The notes: generated from the sequence alone by a model not told the origin. A stretch of 64,000 nucleotides of DNA from Saprolegnia diclina VS20 (GCF_000281045.1 NW_008246097.1:483911-547910); one strand, 5' to 3'. Positions 23,801 through 36,936 are shown, counted from the stretch's first letter. Numbers and translations are program-made.

Positions 23801-26800
23801 CGTCTTGGGCTCGAGATACCAGTGGTGCTGGCGCTGGTACACGTCCATCTCGCTCCGCGGCGACGAGAGGTGCGTTGGCGCTTGGTGCTGCGCGTCAATG
23901 ATGTGCATAAAGTTCTTCTTGACGTGGATGTTGAGCAGATGCCGCGCCTGGAGCATCTGCAGCAGCGCCGTGTCGTTGAGACCCACGTGCTTGCACACGT
24001 AGGCGCCAAACGAGTACGCGTGGTCGACGTCAGTCGACGTCGTGAGCACGTCTTCCTCCTTCTTGGTTGGCGCCATCTCAAGGAGCGACGTGTACGCAAA
24101 GTGCACGAGCGGCCGCTTCACTTCGCAGTAGAGGTACTGGTAGTGCAGCGAGAGCGACGTCAAGTTGATGAAAAAGTCGAGGCTCATCTTGGTGCGAAGC
24201 GCGATACTCATGTGCGGCGCCTGCGCCTCGTTGGGCTTGGCGTCCGAGAGCATGCGCTGGAGCGCGTCCATGTTGACGACGTCGATGGGCTGGCCGCTCG
24301 GCGTCAGCACGGCCGACGCTTGTTCGTACTCGCCAAGCCACCAGAGCGCGGTACTCTCGAGCCATCGGTTCTCTTGCTCGCGGAACAGCGGCACCAGACT
24401 CGTCTTGAGCACCTCAGCTGTCAGCGGCCCGACGTTGTAAATGTCGGATGCCTCAAACGTCGACGAGACGCTCGCGGTTTCGACGAGACGCGCGATGATC
24501 ATGGCGAGGCTCGGGTCGTTGAGCCGGCCAATGCAGATGCGCAGGGCCTCCTGGAGCCGCGGCGGCTGCGGCAAGAGGAAGAAGGCGGCCGCGAGGTCGT
24601 ACTGCTTCTTCCGAAGCAGCGAGTAGGCGTTGCGCACCGCGGCCGTGCTCCAGCGCTCCTCCGAGAAATCGTGCACGAGAAAATCGGCCAGCGTCTAATT
24701 GTATCAATGTATCAGTCCGACATATTGCTAGGCAGTACCTTGTTGGACTCGACGCGCGAGACCTTGGCGAGCGCACCCAGCACGTTCTTCTTGCCGAGCG
24801 CAAGGTACAAAAGACTGACGCTCATCGCGTCACGCGTGCGCATAAACGTGCACTTGGCCATCCTACGCCGAACTGAAACATTGAAACCTTGAAACAAAGG
24901 CGCACCGCTCGACAATCTCGCGCAGCTTGGCCGGGTCGCGCACCCAGAGGCCGAGCCACATGGGCTTGAGGTCGTCCCAGAGCGCTTGCGGGTGCAGACA
25001 CTGCTCAAGGAGCACGTTCTGCGACTCGGACTGGAGCGCCCACGACACACTCGACGCCGGCACGTCGTGCAAGAAGCCTTCGACGGTCGGCGGCGGGCCG
25101 CCGGCGACCGCGACGCCCGCCTCGTCGATCGGGACGACCGGCATGGCAAAGACGCCGGCGAGGTCGTCGGCGTCATGCAGTACGTCCTGGAGGCACGTCG
25201 AGAGGACGTGGCCGAGCACGTAGCGCTGCGCGGGCACATCGTAGCCGTTGAGCGAGAGGTGCTGCATCTTTTGCAGAAACGAGAGCACGGCCTTGAACTG
25301 GAGACCATGCTCAACCTCAAACGACTCGAAGAGCACGTACGCGTTCCGGTGCTCCTGCTCCTCGTAGCGCACTTGGACCTTTTGCGTCAAGCGTCGCAGC
25401 ACAGCATCGATCGCCGTCGTGAGCGTGCCAATGTCGCGGTTGTTGAGGACGCCTTCGTCCATCGGAGTCGGGGGCGCCGTCCGCGTCGGTGGCGACGGCG
25501 CAAAGAGATCCATCGCGCGGTTGCTACGCGGCTGGTTGCCTTTGGCGTTGGCGTAGCGCCCGAGGAGCGACGCAGGCGCCGTCGGCGTCTCTTGCAGCAC
25601 GATGAGCACGCCGGTTTGCGCGCTCATGTCGGTCGACATGTCGTCTTCGAGCACCCGCGCGAGCAGTTTGAGCAGCTGCACCGTCTCGCCAAACGCTTGG
25701 TGAAAGTCAAACGCCGGGCGGTAGTCGGCGAGCGCCGTGTGGACGAGGCCGACGCGCGCCGGGAGGCCGCAGAGCGTCGTGAGCAGCACGTACGGGTGCC
25801 ACACCGGGCAGTGCTTTGGCTTTGTCGTACGATTCCAGTACTGGACCCAGTCGCGCTTCCGGAGCCGACCGGGCTCGTCCCACTTGCCGACGATCGTCGG
25901 CGTGTCGTTGAGCGCTGCGCACTGGTACAGTGGTCCGTCCGAGACGCCGCAGGCCAAGATGAGCGCAGAGGCGTCGCGCGTGCAGTCAAACATGGTCAGG
26001 CCCGTCACGATGGGCTTGGAGAGCGGCAGCCACGTCTGGTGCTGCGCGTCGTACGTGTAGATGACGACGCCACCGACATACTGGATCGCGAGCGGGTCGA
26101 TGTGGAACTCGACGTGGCCAGAGCACCAGCTGAACGACGTCACGGGCCCCCAGTTGCTTTGCGACGAAATGCACGCTTCGAGGCGCAGAATGCCAAGTCC
26201 AGACTCGCCTTCCCAGACGTACACGTCGTTCGGGCGGTCGGCGTACAGCACCGCGAGACGGTTCGGGTCGTCCATCTCAATGTGGTACACGCCGGCCGTC
26301 ACGGCTTCCGACGGCATGGCGTGGCCGCGCCGAAAAAACTGGTGCGGCGCCACGGACGACGACGGTGACGGTGACGGCGTCACCAGCGGCTCGCACGCGT
26401 GGATGAGCGAAAAGTCGATGGTTTGGTGCGTGACGCGGCAGCGCCAGTGCTGGATCGCGCCGGTGGCGTCGCCAACAAAGAGAAGCGCGTTCCACGTCAC
26501 GTCGTTCGGCGCTGGCTTGACAATCGATGAGAACGCGCGCTGGCGGTAGTCGCGCTCGGTGCCCAGCACCGTGATGTGGCCCATCGTGCTCCGGACGTTC
26601 GAGACCATCTCGAGCTTGTGGAGGTAAAACGTTGCGTGCGTCGACGCCAGGTACGTGCCGAGGTACGCGTGGAGCTCCTGGGAGGCGGCTTCGATCGCAA
26701 AGATGAGCACCACGTCCGAGGTGTAAGCGCCAGCGTCCGAGTAGACGGGCGCCACCGACACGTGCTCGTAGACACAACCCGTCGACTCGGACCCGATGAC

Positions 26801-28894
26801 GCGCCACCCGCCGTACAAGCTCACGGACCCGACGCTGTCGACACCGAGAAGCGTCTTGCTCTGGACGCGCGCGAGGAGCCGCCGGCCTTGCTGCGCGTGG
26901 TCTTCGTGCGACACGTCGTCGCCGTCATCGGCTTCGTCATCCTCCTCGTCCTCGTCATCATCATAACGAATCGCAGTTTCCTCGACTTGCGTCGCGTCGT
27001 CCAGCTCGAGCGCACGCCGCGCCACGTCATTAAAGTTGCCACCGCTCGAACGAAAGCGCAACGTGACCGGTCCGTCCGTCGACGCGATCGTGTCATACAC
27101 GAGGTTGCGGAACCTCTCGAGTGAGAAGCCCTTGACGCTAACCCCGTTGACCGACACGCACTGGTCCAGCATATCGATCTGGCCGCTCGCTTGGCCGGGC
27201 AGCCGGTGGTTGTGGTCCTCGTCGCCATGCACGAACGCCGTCACAACGAGCTTCTCGCCGAGCGTGTCAAACGTCAGGCCCAGGCCAAAGTGCGGGTCCG
27301 GCTTCAGGCCGACCTCGTATTCAAAGCCGGATTCGCCCAGTTCGTGCGAGTAGTAGGTCCACGGGTAGTGCATGCTCGGGAGGCGAAGGCGGTTGCCGAG
27401 ACCCGGCTTGGGCGACGAGAGCATCTTGCCTTGGTCCGCACCGGTCGTGCTGTAGATCTGGAAGACGCCGGACGCCATCGTCACGAGCAAGAGCGGCACC
27501 GCGTCAAAGTGCTTGGTCGGGATCCACTGGATGGACGCGATCTGCTCGTCGCACGTCATGATGCACGACGGCACGAGCTTCGAGACGTTGGTGAAGGTCG
27601 AGAGCGAGAGCCAAAACACCATGATCTCCCGCGCACTCGTGGTGGCGACCAAGGGCAGCGACGGGTGCGTGGCCAGCGCCGTGATGGGCTCCGTGTGGCC
27701 GCGGTGCCAGCTCTTGTCCTTGAGAATCGGGTACTTGAGCGAAGTGCAGTCGATGCGGTACGACAAGAGCACGTGGTCGGTCCGCTCGAGCAAGATCGAG
27801 AGCGCGGACGGATCGCCCGCGCCGGTTTGCGAAAAGTACCCAATCACCTGCACTTGCTTGATGACGGACCGCGCGTCATCGTCTTCGTTGCCGTCGACTT
27901 TGAACGTAAAGTCGGTCTTCTTGAGCCGCGGCTTGGCGTCGAGACCCGTGAGCTGCCACACGTGGAGGACGCCGCTTGTGTCGATGACGCTGAGCCACTC
28001 GCGCGTCTTCTTCTTCTTGCTGCCATCGTCCTTGCTCGAGGCAAAGAGCTCCTCGCTAATGTTGCGCGTGCGCGGCAGCACCCAGCGCGTCATCGCAATG
28101 TCCAGGTTCGCTTGCGGCTGGATGAAGACGACGCACTGCATGAGTGGCGTACCGCAGCCACTGGCCTTCTCGGTCCAGATGCGGATCGTCTTCTCGGCCG
28201 TCATGGTCAGCAGCATGCGCTCGGGCTGGAACCACTTGGAGGGCACTTGGCCGTTGCTGTCGTCGCTCGTTGTCGCGTCGTTGTGCGTCGCTGGCTTCCA
28301 CGAGATGTACACGACGCCTTCGTCATGGCCGAGAATCTGCTTTTCTATGTTGGAGCCGTCGTCGTGCTGCTCTTGCCGCCACACGTACACCTCGGTCGCG
28401 CCGGTTTGCGCTGTGGCAAACACGCAGCGCGACGGCGAGAACGCGAGCTGGTCGCACGGCGTCTGCTTGCGCCACACGCACGAGTACTTGACCGACTCGT
28501 CGTTCGGCGAACATTCCCAGAGCGAAATGCCACGCGGACCGCCCATGAGCATCGAGTACGAGCAGCGGGAGAGCGCGAGGTGCGTGACCTCACCGGCCTC
28601 GAAGCGCATGCTCCACGCATGCGCGTAGCTGACGCGGTACTTGGCGTACTTGGCCACCGGGTCGGGGCAGTGGATCATGAGAACGGTTGACGAGAGCGAG
28701 ACGAGCGACGCCCGGCGCGCGTTCCACTGCGTGAGTAAGATGGGCGTGTCATGGAAGGGCTGGTTGGCAGCATTGGGGCCTGGCACGATGCGCCCGAGGA
28801 GCGAGAAGTCCTGCGTGTCAAGGAGGTCGATGCGCGTGTGGCTCACGACCGCTGCCACGTTCTTCCCATCGAGGCCGACCCACGACCACGTCAT
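20882..28894 (-). CDS. DmX-like/Rabconnectin-3alpha/RAV1 family protein: WD40s, PDZ, Rav1p_C, DEP, C2
   Basis: WD40-like repeats; Rav1_C signature WALQSESQ..LGLWVRD..LLYLALGKKNVLGAL..DFSEERWSTAAVRNAYSLLRKKQYDLAAAFFLL; ORFs 24863-28894, 22979-24676 and 21164-22963 joined by short introns. Confidence 0.85.
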
Positions 28895-29504
28895 GCTCGT
28901 CGGTCAAAGCGGAAACTTTCTTGTTGGGGCCGGCGCTGCAATTGCATCCTTTTTATTTTATTATCTTCGCCACCATATGGTCTCGGATTCTATTTCTTGG
29001 CCCAAGATGCTCCGCTAGGCAATGCCATTGGGTATAAATACGCTCATTTCTACCCAATCGTGGCGGTTGAACCCATATCCATATCTGAGCGTTTAAATGA
29101 ACTTGGCAAATGTATGCAATATATTAAAATACCGAACTGGACCGTCTCCGAGGATTGGTGGAAAAGCGCACCAATCACAAATGAGCTCGAACGGAGGTGG
29201 AGTGCACGCCGGAGACAACACCATTCGACCGAGGTGGAAGACGCGCTGTCGTACTAGTACGACTACCCTCGCCGAGCAATCTAGTCAACTCAAGTATACG
29301 AGCCAGAACGAGCGTCGGCAGGCAAAAGGTGGCGTCTCCATCATCCGTGGCTTCGAGAACCATCCAGCGCCGGGGATAGAAATGGCGCCGCGGCAACTTC
29401 AACTAGGACGCTGACCACTATCATTGCGATTCAGCGCATACGTTATGAGCGATGGTAGATAGACAGTAATATATTAACGCGTACGACGACATTCACGACT
29501 AAAG

Positions 29505-31605
29505 CTACAACCAGATCTGAGCGGCCTGGTAGTGGGCCACGAGGCGCTTCATGCAAGCGTACGCCATGCACGCGAGCGTCGTCGAGGCGAGGAGCACGAG
29601 CACAAGGTCCGTCGGGCCCGGCGTCCGGTACCAGCGCACCGTGATGACGCCAATGCCAATGGCGGCCGCGATCCCGATACCATCGCACACGGCGAGGATG
29701 CTGGCCGCTAGCCCCATCTGGCGAGGTGGCAAGACAAACGCACCGATCTCACTGACGCACGTTCGAAAGAGCATCTCCGCCAGCCCCAGCGGCAAAACGT
29801 ACGCGGTCGCGTACCCGGCGTCCATGCTCGTCGTCACCTTCTTGTGGCACGTGTTTGGAAAGAGGAGCGGGCCGGCCACGTGCGGGCTGCTGCGGCGGTA
29901 GAGCTCGACGATGCCCGCGAGGAAGGCGCTGAGCAGGTAAAACAAAAGGGCGTGGAGAAGCCGCGTGCTGCGTCCAAAGGCTTTGAGCTCCACGGTGAGA
30001 AGGCGGAGGAGGAGCGGACTCGACACAAGTGCCACGGTACCGACGCCGACGGCCACGTAATCGGGGCTCACTAGCACACTGCCAAACGCGATTTGGCTTG
30101 TCTGGCACTGCTGCAAGAGCAAGAGCGAGTAGAGCTGCCCGCGCAGCGCAGCCGCAAAGACGGCCATGCACCCGATCGGAAAGAGGCTCAAGCCGCGCAG
30201 AACGGGCATGTGCTCGGACGCAATTGGCCCGTCCGCATCTTCGTCTTCGTCTTCATCATCATTGTCCTCGGAATCCGGACGTCGCCGGTGGACATGGACC
30301 GAGTAGTTCAAGTTGAACGAGGCCACGCCCAGGATGAGCGTGCTGATCCACCCGAGAAAGATACTTCCGACGCCAGCTGCCGCGAGCAAAAAGCGCGTAT
30401 CGAGCGCCGCGCCAGTGCTACTCGGCGGCACGGCGAGGCTAGCAACAACAGCAAGCGCGCCGAGAAGCATGAGGAGCGCGCCGCCGCTCGTGCCGAGGAG
30501 GAGCCAGTGCCCGCGCACGACGTGCCACCCGGTAGCAACGACCGACACGGATGTCACCTGGGGCGGCCAGCGGCGGCAGCGCATGTGCACGTGCAGCCAC
30601 GCCAGCGTCAAGAGCAGAAGGAAGATGAGCGCAAAGAGCGCGAGTACTTGCGTCTCTGACAACGTCGCGAGGCAGAAGGCTTGGGTTGCAGCGAGGCTGC
30701 CGATCGTCGCTGCGGTGGTCCAGCCATAGAACGTCGTCTACGCACCGCAGAAAATCAGATCTCATCCGCGATTGCGAAGCACGTACGATCTGCAGTCGCT
30801 CGTGGTCGTCGCTGACGTCGTGAGTGTGCTCGAGCGCCGTTCCCGCCACGACGACATTGGGCACGACCGCGCCGGCCGCCACATAGGCGAGCGCAAGCCC
30901 CAAGCCGTACAATAATGCCGTGTCCAGCACGCAGCCAAAGAGTAGCAGTGACGACGCGAGTACCCAGAGGCATGACGCCCACCGAAGCACGAGCCCTCGG
31001 TGTCGCGCATAATCGCCTACAAGGCCGCCGCCACTGCATGCGACGCTCAGCAGCATCGAAATGACCAGCACCAAGCTGCAGCGCGGAAGGTCTTGGAGGC
31101 CGAGCGCGGTGCGGAGACGGTCGGTCCAGCCAAACGTCGCGACGGCCACGACGCTGATGTTGGTCACGACGATGCTCAGTACCGCGAAGGGCTCGATGAG
31201 GACCATGGGCCTGGAGCCACATTCGTCGTTGTTCGGTGACATGCAATCGATCCACGCGTCGTCCTTCTCGAGCTTGACGTCTTCGGTCCATGGCACAAGC
31301 GGTTTCCACAAGGGCTTGGCCTCGCGGAGGTGGCCTACGTTGCGCTTGGACGCGTCCATATAGTCCATGCGGTCGCTTGCGCCTCCCTTCGTCACAGGCA
31401 GCTTGAGCTTGGCGGCTTGGAAAGGCGCCGTGGGTGTGCCTAGCGGCGAGTCGGTCGCAGCATCGGCTCCGTCGTCGTCGAGGTCCTCGGCGCACAGGCG
31501 AGCAATGCTGTTGGCATCACACGTCGACCGATACAGCCAGCTCTCGCGGTCGCATTCGTCGTCGTCGTCGCAGTCGCTGGGCCGCGCCCAGTTCTCGGCG
31601 TCCAT
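29505..31605 (-). CDS. Divergent POT/PTR2-family (MFS) transporter
   Basis: About 12 hydrophobic segments; GGLVGDY, GAVVPNVVVAG (cf. GGIKPNVSAFG), YVLPLGLAEML (cf. QYFLIGAAEVF). Confidence 0.7.
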
Positions 31606-32252
31606 GACCAATCTGTGTATATGCGCTGGAGTCGTGGCCCAAGCCGACGAGATGTTACTTCCGCGTTCGAAAGCTCGGCAAGGAACGTTCTCGTCTCGGG
31701 CTCTGCGCCGGCGAGACGACGACGTCACCACGGTGCAGCCGAACGGAATTACGACCTATCACGGCTCTCGTCGCTGATTGGGCGCGTGGCGATCTTGAAC
31801 GGCTGCACTACAAAGTGCAAAGTGTGCTCCGTCCTCTTGCCACACGTTTACACTTGTCGTATGGGCTGCGATTTCCTCTGAGGACGGCGTTGGATCACAT
31901 CAACGGAAGTGCATCCTGGTTCTTCCTTGCATTCCATAGCCAAAGGTCGAGAAGAGATAGATAATGTTGAACATGCGAGCTGCGTCGACGTCGGCTTCGG
32001 CTCTGCTTGCAGCCAGGCGTCGGAGACGGTCTCGCAACTTGGCGCCGATGTCATGGGACCCACGTCATTTCGTTTCGCCTTTCTAGCTTGACGCCGCCAA
32101 CTCGTCCGCGTTAACGAGCGCTGGATCTCTGGCTTGCATACGAGTGAGTCAGCTGATCGATCGAGGGTACAATGCGGCGCCGCCATCTTGGGTGCTGGCC
32201 CGCCATCGTGGCGCCGGATAACAGCGCACATAACCGTAGTTGCACTTTCGAA

Positions 32253-32735
32253 ATGAACCGCCAACGCCGCCAGCGTCCGCCGCCCGACGCGGGCCACCGC
32301 CACGGGCACACGGTCAACGATAACATCCGCCCGGGCATGCGCGTCGCCGTCGTGCAGAAGCAAGATCAGCCGACGGGCAAGCTCACGTACGGTACCGTGG
32401 CGACGACCTTGACCAACTCGGCGCTGCACCCGCGGGGCATCAAGGTCCGCCTCACGGACGGCACCGTCGGGCGCGTGCAGACGATTGTCAACGGCGAGGC
32501 GCCCGAGCCTGCGCCCGAGCCTGAAGCTGCCCGTCCGTCCTCGCGGCTCCACCTACAAGACTTTATCCAGGCGCCGTCGCCCGCGAAACTGCAACTGCAC
32601 GACTTCATCGAGTACCCGGCGACAACCTCGACGCCCGAGTGCGACGCGCGCCCGTGGGCCTGCACTGCGTGTACGTTTGCGAATTCCGGTTTCCTCGTCG
32701 TCTGCGAGGTGTGCGAGACGCCAAAGACGCTGTAA
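32253..32735 (+). CDS. YwbE (DUF2196) domain plus RanBP2/NZF-type zinc finger
   Basis: IRPGMRVAVVQKQDQPTGKLTYGTVATTLTNSALHPRGIKVRLTDGTVGRVQ; WACTACTFANSGFLVVCEVCETPK. Confidence 0.85.
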   Translation: MNRQRRQRPPPDAGHRHGHTVNDNIRPGMRVAVVQKQDQPTGKLTYGTVATTLTNSALHPRGIKVRLTDGTVGRVQTIVNGEAPEPAPEPEAARPSSRLHLQDFIQAPSPAKLQLHDFIEYPATTSTPECDARPWACTACTFANSGFLVVCEVCETPKTL

Positions 32736-32830
32736 AAGAGCTGACTGTACTTTTGAGTGTTCTCGCGCCTTCTGCGGTGGAAAGGCGTGAATTACACGCA
32801 ACGCCAACTTGAAGCAGGTCGCATTCGGCC

Positions 32831-33277
32831 ATGCACCGCCTTGAGATCACGAGCCAGAGCCCCAACAAGAGCCGCGCGACCTGCCACACCTTCACGCAGT
32901 TCCACATCGACGTCGACGACGCGTGTGGCACACCCTATACGATCTGCAAGCGCTTCCGCGAATTCGTGACGCTGCACCGTCAGTTGCGGCTGGCGGGCTT
33001 TCACGTCCCGAGCCTCCCCGTGGCCGGACCGTTCATGAGTCTCTGGCTCCTCTGGGACTCTGCGCGTGCGCTTGCCTACCGCCAATTCTTTCTCCAAGTC
33101 TTCCTCCAAGTCCTCAACGACAGCGCCGAGATCCAAGCGCACCCCGCCTTCACAAGCTTCGTTGGTACCCGCCCCGAGACAAAGCCAGGGTACACATCGC
33201 TCGCCCTCTTCCGCCAGTCGTTTGAACGGAGCCCCGTGCGGCGTCCCACCCGCGGCGTCCCTGCGTGCAGCATCTAA
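32831..33277 (+). CDS. Small PX-domain protein
   Basis: YTICKRFREFVTLHRQLRLAGFHVPSLP..AYRQFFLQVFLQVL..IQAHPAFTSF. Confidence 0.75.
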   Translation: MHRLEITSQSPNKSRATCHTFTQFHIDVDDACGTPYTICKRFREFVTLHRQLRLAGFHVPSLPVAGPFMSLWLLWDSARALAYRQFFLQVFLQVLNDSAEIQAHPAFTSFVGTRPETKPGYTSLALFRQSFERSPVRRPTRGVPACSI

Positions 33278-33310
33278 GATCGCAATAAGCATCTGTCCAC
33301 ATTGCACTTT

Positions 33311-34623
33311 TTAGCTGGCAACGAGCGTCCATGGGGTCCACGGACGGTACAACGTCTCGGTTGCGTGGTCGATGAGCACGAGGTTGTCGACGGTGATGGC
33401 GCCAGCGTCGATAACCGTGACGTCCAGCGTCGCCTTGGTCGTGGCGCCTGGCGCAAGCATGCTAGCATATGCTGTGATACGTCTACTTCCAAAGACACGC
33501 TATACCCGATGCGTAGCGTAGCGTTCGGCGTTGTCCACGCGGGTGGCGCGCTGCATGCCTGCGACGCCAGCGCAAGGTACTTGACGTCGCCATGCAACGG
33601 CGCCACGTCGAGGGCTGCATACGCCGGCGAAAGAACGAGGAGACTCAGCGCCATCTCGGCGGCGGATTGATTGGTGACGCACAGGACGACCGGGGACACC
33701 TCCCCCGCGCGCAGTGGGGCCGCATCCAAACGCGCAGAAACCTCGACGCCAAGCCATTGCTGGCGCAATGCCAGCGATGGCGTCTCTGGCAGCGAGGGGA
33801 GTTCAATGTCCGCCGACTGCGTCAGAGGCGCCATCTCGGCAAAGGTCGACCACGTATACGTGACGCGTGCGCCCGTGGCAGAAGGCCGCGACCCACGACT
33901 GGTCTCGAGCTGGAAGCTAAGATACAGGACGACGTGCCAGTGCTCGCCCGGGCGCAGGACGACGGGAAACGCGTGCGCATCGCTCTCGTCCACAAGATAT
34001 CCGCTCGGCTCCACGTGCAGGCACACGTCGTGCAGCACGAGGTCGCAAGGCGCATTTGGCGGATGCTCAAAGCGCAAGACGACGCAGTGCTTGGACCCGA
34101 TTTGGTAGATCGAGTGCGAAAAACCGACGCTGCGTCCCAGGGCGATTTGCGCCGTCACCTGCCGCGACAAGTGCGACGACGGCAGCGTCTCGGGCCAAAA
34201 CATGTACTGCGGCAGCGCGCCATGGAGGAGCGACTCGAGCTTCTTGACGCGCTGCGTCTCGATGCGGCGAAAGTGCCCGACGCTTTGCTGCAGCTGGACG
34301 CTCAGGCGCAGGCTCGCGCCCTCGGTCCAAGACGCGCGCAAGGCCACCGGCGCATGGAGCACGAGCGCCGCCGGGTCGGGCGAGGGCACAAAGTCGCACG
34401 ATGTCTCAAAGAGCGTCGAAGCAGCGTCGACGATGCTCAAGGTCGACACGACGCTGGCCTTGTATGTGTGCCATTGGTCCAGCGACAGCAGCGGGCTATC
34501 GCTCGTCGGCGGCTCGACGCGCAGCACCAGCACGACGTGCTCGTCTAGGCAGGCGCGTGCGGTCATGCGCTCGCATACATGGGTATGTACCTGGGTAGAC
34601 AAAGTCGGCGGGGCAAAGCGCAT
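33311..34623 (-). CDS. Hypothetical beta-sandwich protein, possibly a TRAPP-II subunit (TRAPPC14/Trs65-like)
   Basis: Long ORF; FPVVLRPGEHWHVVLYL and VVLCVTNQS motifs typical of TRAPP Ig-like folds; family call tentative. Confidence 0.45.
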
Positions 34624-34859
34624 CGTCCGGCGATCGTCGCCGATGCAGCGCGATCGCGAGCGTGGCCGTCCCCCACTCTTCGATCCAGGGCATGGAGGTG
34701 TGTGTACAAGTATGGACGCTAAATACACCCAACCTTCAAGCATTACAATCGATCGCGTTGCATTGTTTGTGCAGTAAAGTTGAGTCTTTTTATAGCACTG
34801 CCGCCCAATCCACGAGACCGTGCCATGGCGGTGCGTCGAGCAGCCTCGTCCTGCGTCAA

Positions 34860-36056
34860 TTACATCGAGGGGAAGGCGGAGGCTTGGGCTTGATCAGCGG
34901 CCGCGGCTTCTTGCACCAAGCTCTGCCGCTCGCGCTGGATGTAGTGCAGTAGCTCCATCTCTTCTTCGCGGTCGAGTTCGCTCGCCGTGAGCTCGTCGAT
35001 GCTGCGCACGTGCTCGACGGGTACCTTGTACTTGATCTTGGGGAGGAGCCACAGCAGCGCTTTCGGGTCAGTGTAGGACGCGTATGTCTCGGAGCCCTCG
35101 GCCTGCAGCTTGGACTCGGGGTCGATCAAGAACGACGTGTTGAGTGGCACGCCCGCGTCCGTGTATGCGACCGTATCCGTCGGGCGGTTGCCAAACCCTG
35201 CGACAAAGACGGGGTGGTCACTACGGCGACCGGCGCGCACCATGGCGTCCTTGATGCCGAGGAGGATGCCGGCCTTGAACACGTGTGGGTTCTTGTGAAC
35301 GACCTCGGTAAAGAGCGCGCCCGTGAGCCCCATTGAGTTGGTGATGACAGGTCCCGGCGGCAGCCCTATCTCGTCTTGCCGCGCTTCCTTGAGGTGGACG
35401 CGGGACCCGCCCGCCCAGTTGAGCGGTCGCGCCGTCAGGTACAGAATCCGCGCGCCAATGCTGTGCAGCTTGGTCAAGAACGCACACACGCCCGTGTGCA
35501 TGTAGTCGTACTGGCCCAAGCGCAGCGTGCGGATGTGGCCCTCGACATCGCTGATCGTGATCGTGCCATCGAGGTCGGCGATGATCGCAAAGTCGTCGGG
35601 TTGCCAGACGTACCTACATCCATAGGATCATCCTCCTACCGGTCCAAGCTTTGACGCGACGTACAGGTCGCACTCGATGACGCGCGTGTACGTGCGGGAG
35701 GCGCGGACATGCTCGAAGCGGACGCGGTTGGGAGACCCGTCGCGCTTGAGCTTGCACGCGGCCCAGTCGACGCCGACGGGCGGGAGGTACTCGTTCTCAA
35801 TGTTGTTGAAGGTGCACCGGCCGTACTCGAGCAACTTCATCGAGACGTTGAGCCGCGTCTCGTTGACATAGACGTCAATGGTATCGCCGACGCCGGCCCG
35901 GACGTTGGACTTCCACGTCGACCAGCCGAACATGACGTGCCATTCGGTCGAGATGAAGGCGTCGGCGTCGTCTAGCGTCTGGATGAGGATCACGTCGAGC
36001 GCGTTGCCCGTCGGACGCATCTCCTTGTCCTCGATCGACGACGCTCGGTCCTCCAT
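34860..36056 (-). CDS. Lipin/LNS2 phosphatidate phosphatase (compact N-LIP plus C-LIP)
   Basis: NALDVILIQ..STEWHVMFG; IIADLDGTITISD (DxDxT); ILYLTARP; GFGNRPTD. Confidence 0.9.
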
Positions 36057-36598
36057 GCTGCGCAAGATACAGCCCAAAACCTACTGACCAGTTGATTGCC
36101 GGCTTGCTCAATCCAACAAATTGGTTTTTGTATACGTCAATGACTGCTTGTCAGCAAAGATCCGACCACGGAACAGCCTCCGCCTCTACACTCGCCTGCA
36201 GCGTCGAGACAGCCTCGACCTTGGCCACCACGCAGTGCATGGCCATTGACGCTGCGCCAAGGTCGTGATGACAGTCAAGGTGGGGACGTCGGTGATAGGC
36301 GAACGAACGCTCGCCCTGACTCTGGAGCCCTTCCGCAGCCGGTGAATCGAGCTCGGCATTTGCATCAACACTGACGTCGCATCCGCGGCCTAGGCCTGGG
36401 CCTGGGTCTGGACCTGGATCAAGAGCTATGGCGCCTCGAGCCACATCGCGCGTGGCATCCCGATGCGCTCGCGCGACAGCGACGATGGCAGCAGCTACCA
36501 GTGGCTTAAAAAGCAATTTGTTAGATAACAGTGTTACATAACGGGACCGACTCCTCGGGAGTGTTCCACGTCCTTTCTCGGCAAATCGCATCGTCGCC

Positions 36599-36886
36599 AT
36601 GGCAGAGCTTCTCGCGGGCTTGGAGTGGCAAGCGCTCTTCAAGGCCATGGCCAGGCACGTCTACGTCGAGCTCCGGAGCCAGCTGCGCACGAACGACGAG
36701 TGGGCCGGCCGGTGCGCCGCGTTCGTCGCCCTCGTGCTCGCCTACCGCTTCGTGCATAGCTTCCGCGCCGCCTTGCTGCTCGGTGGCGTCTCGGGCGTCG
36801 TTGCTGCCGGCTTGGTCTGCTATCGCCGTCGACGCAAGATGCTGCGCGCTCCGAGCCACTCTCGCTTGCACCCGGCCACCTCATAG
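36599..36886 (+). CDS. Small putative membrane protein (95 aa)
   Basis: Good start context GCCATGG, coding-like codon usage, two hydrophobic segments followed by RRRRK. Confidence 0.5.
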   Translation: MAELLAGLEWQALFKAMARHVYVELRSQLRTNDEWAGRCAAFVALVLAYRFVHSFRAALLLGGVSGVVAAGLVCYRRRRKMLRAPSHSRLHPATS

Positions 36887-36936
36887 AGCATCGTCTTCAA
36901 CCTCGACGTATTGTAGTTTCGTATTATTCTGCGTTC

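Noticed and set aside
24986..28690. Long antisense ORFs opposite real genes (many in the ORF track)
   Set aside because: Shadow ORFs caused by strong GC3 codon bias, with no recognisable domains
36389..36420. Hexamer repeat (cctggg/tctgga) within ORF 36151-36648 (-)
   Set aside because: Short simple repeat; the ORF lacks coding-like bias and has no recognisable product
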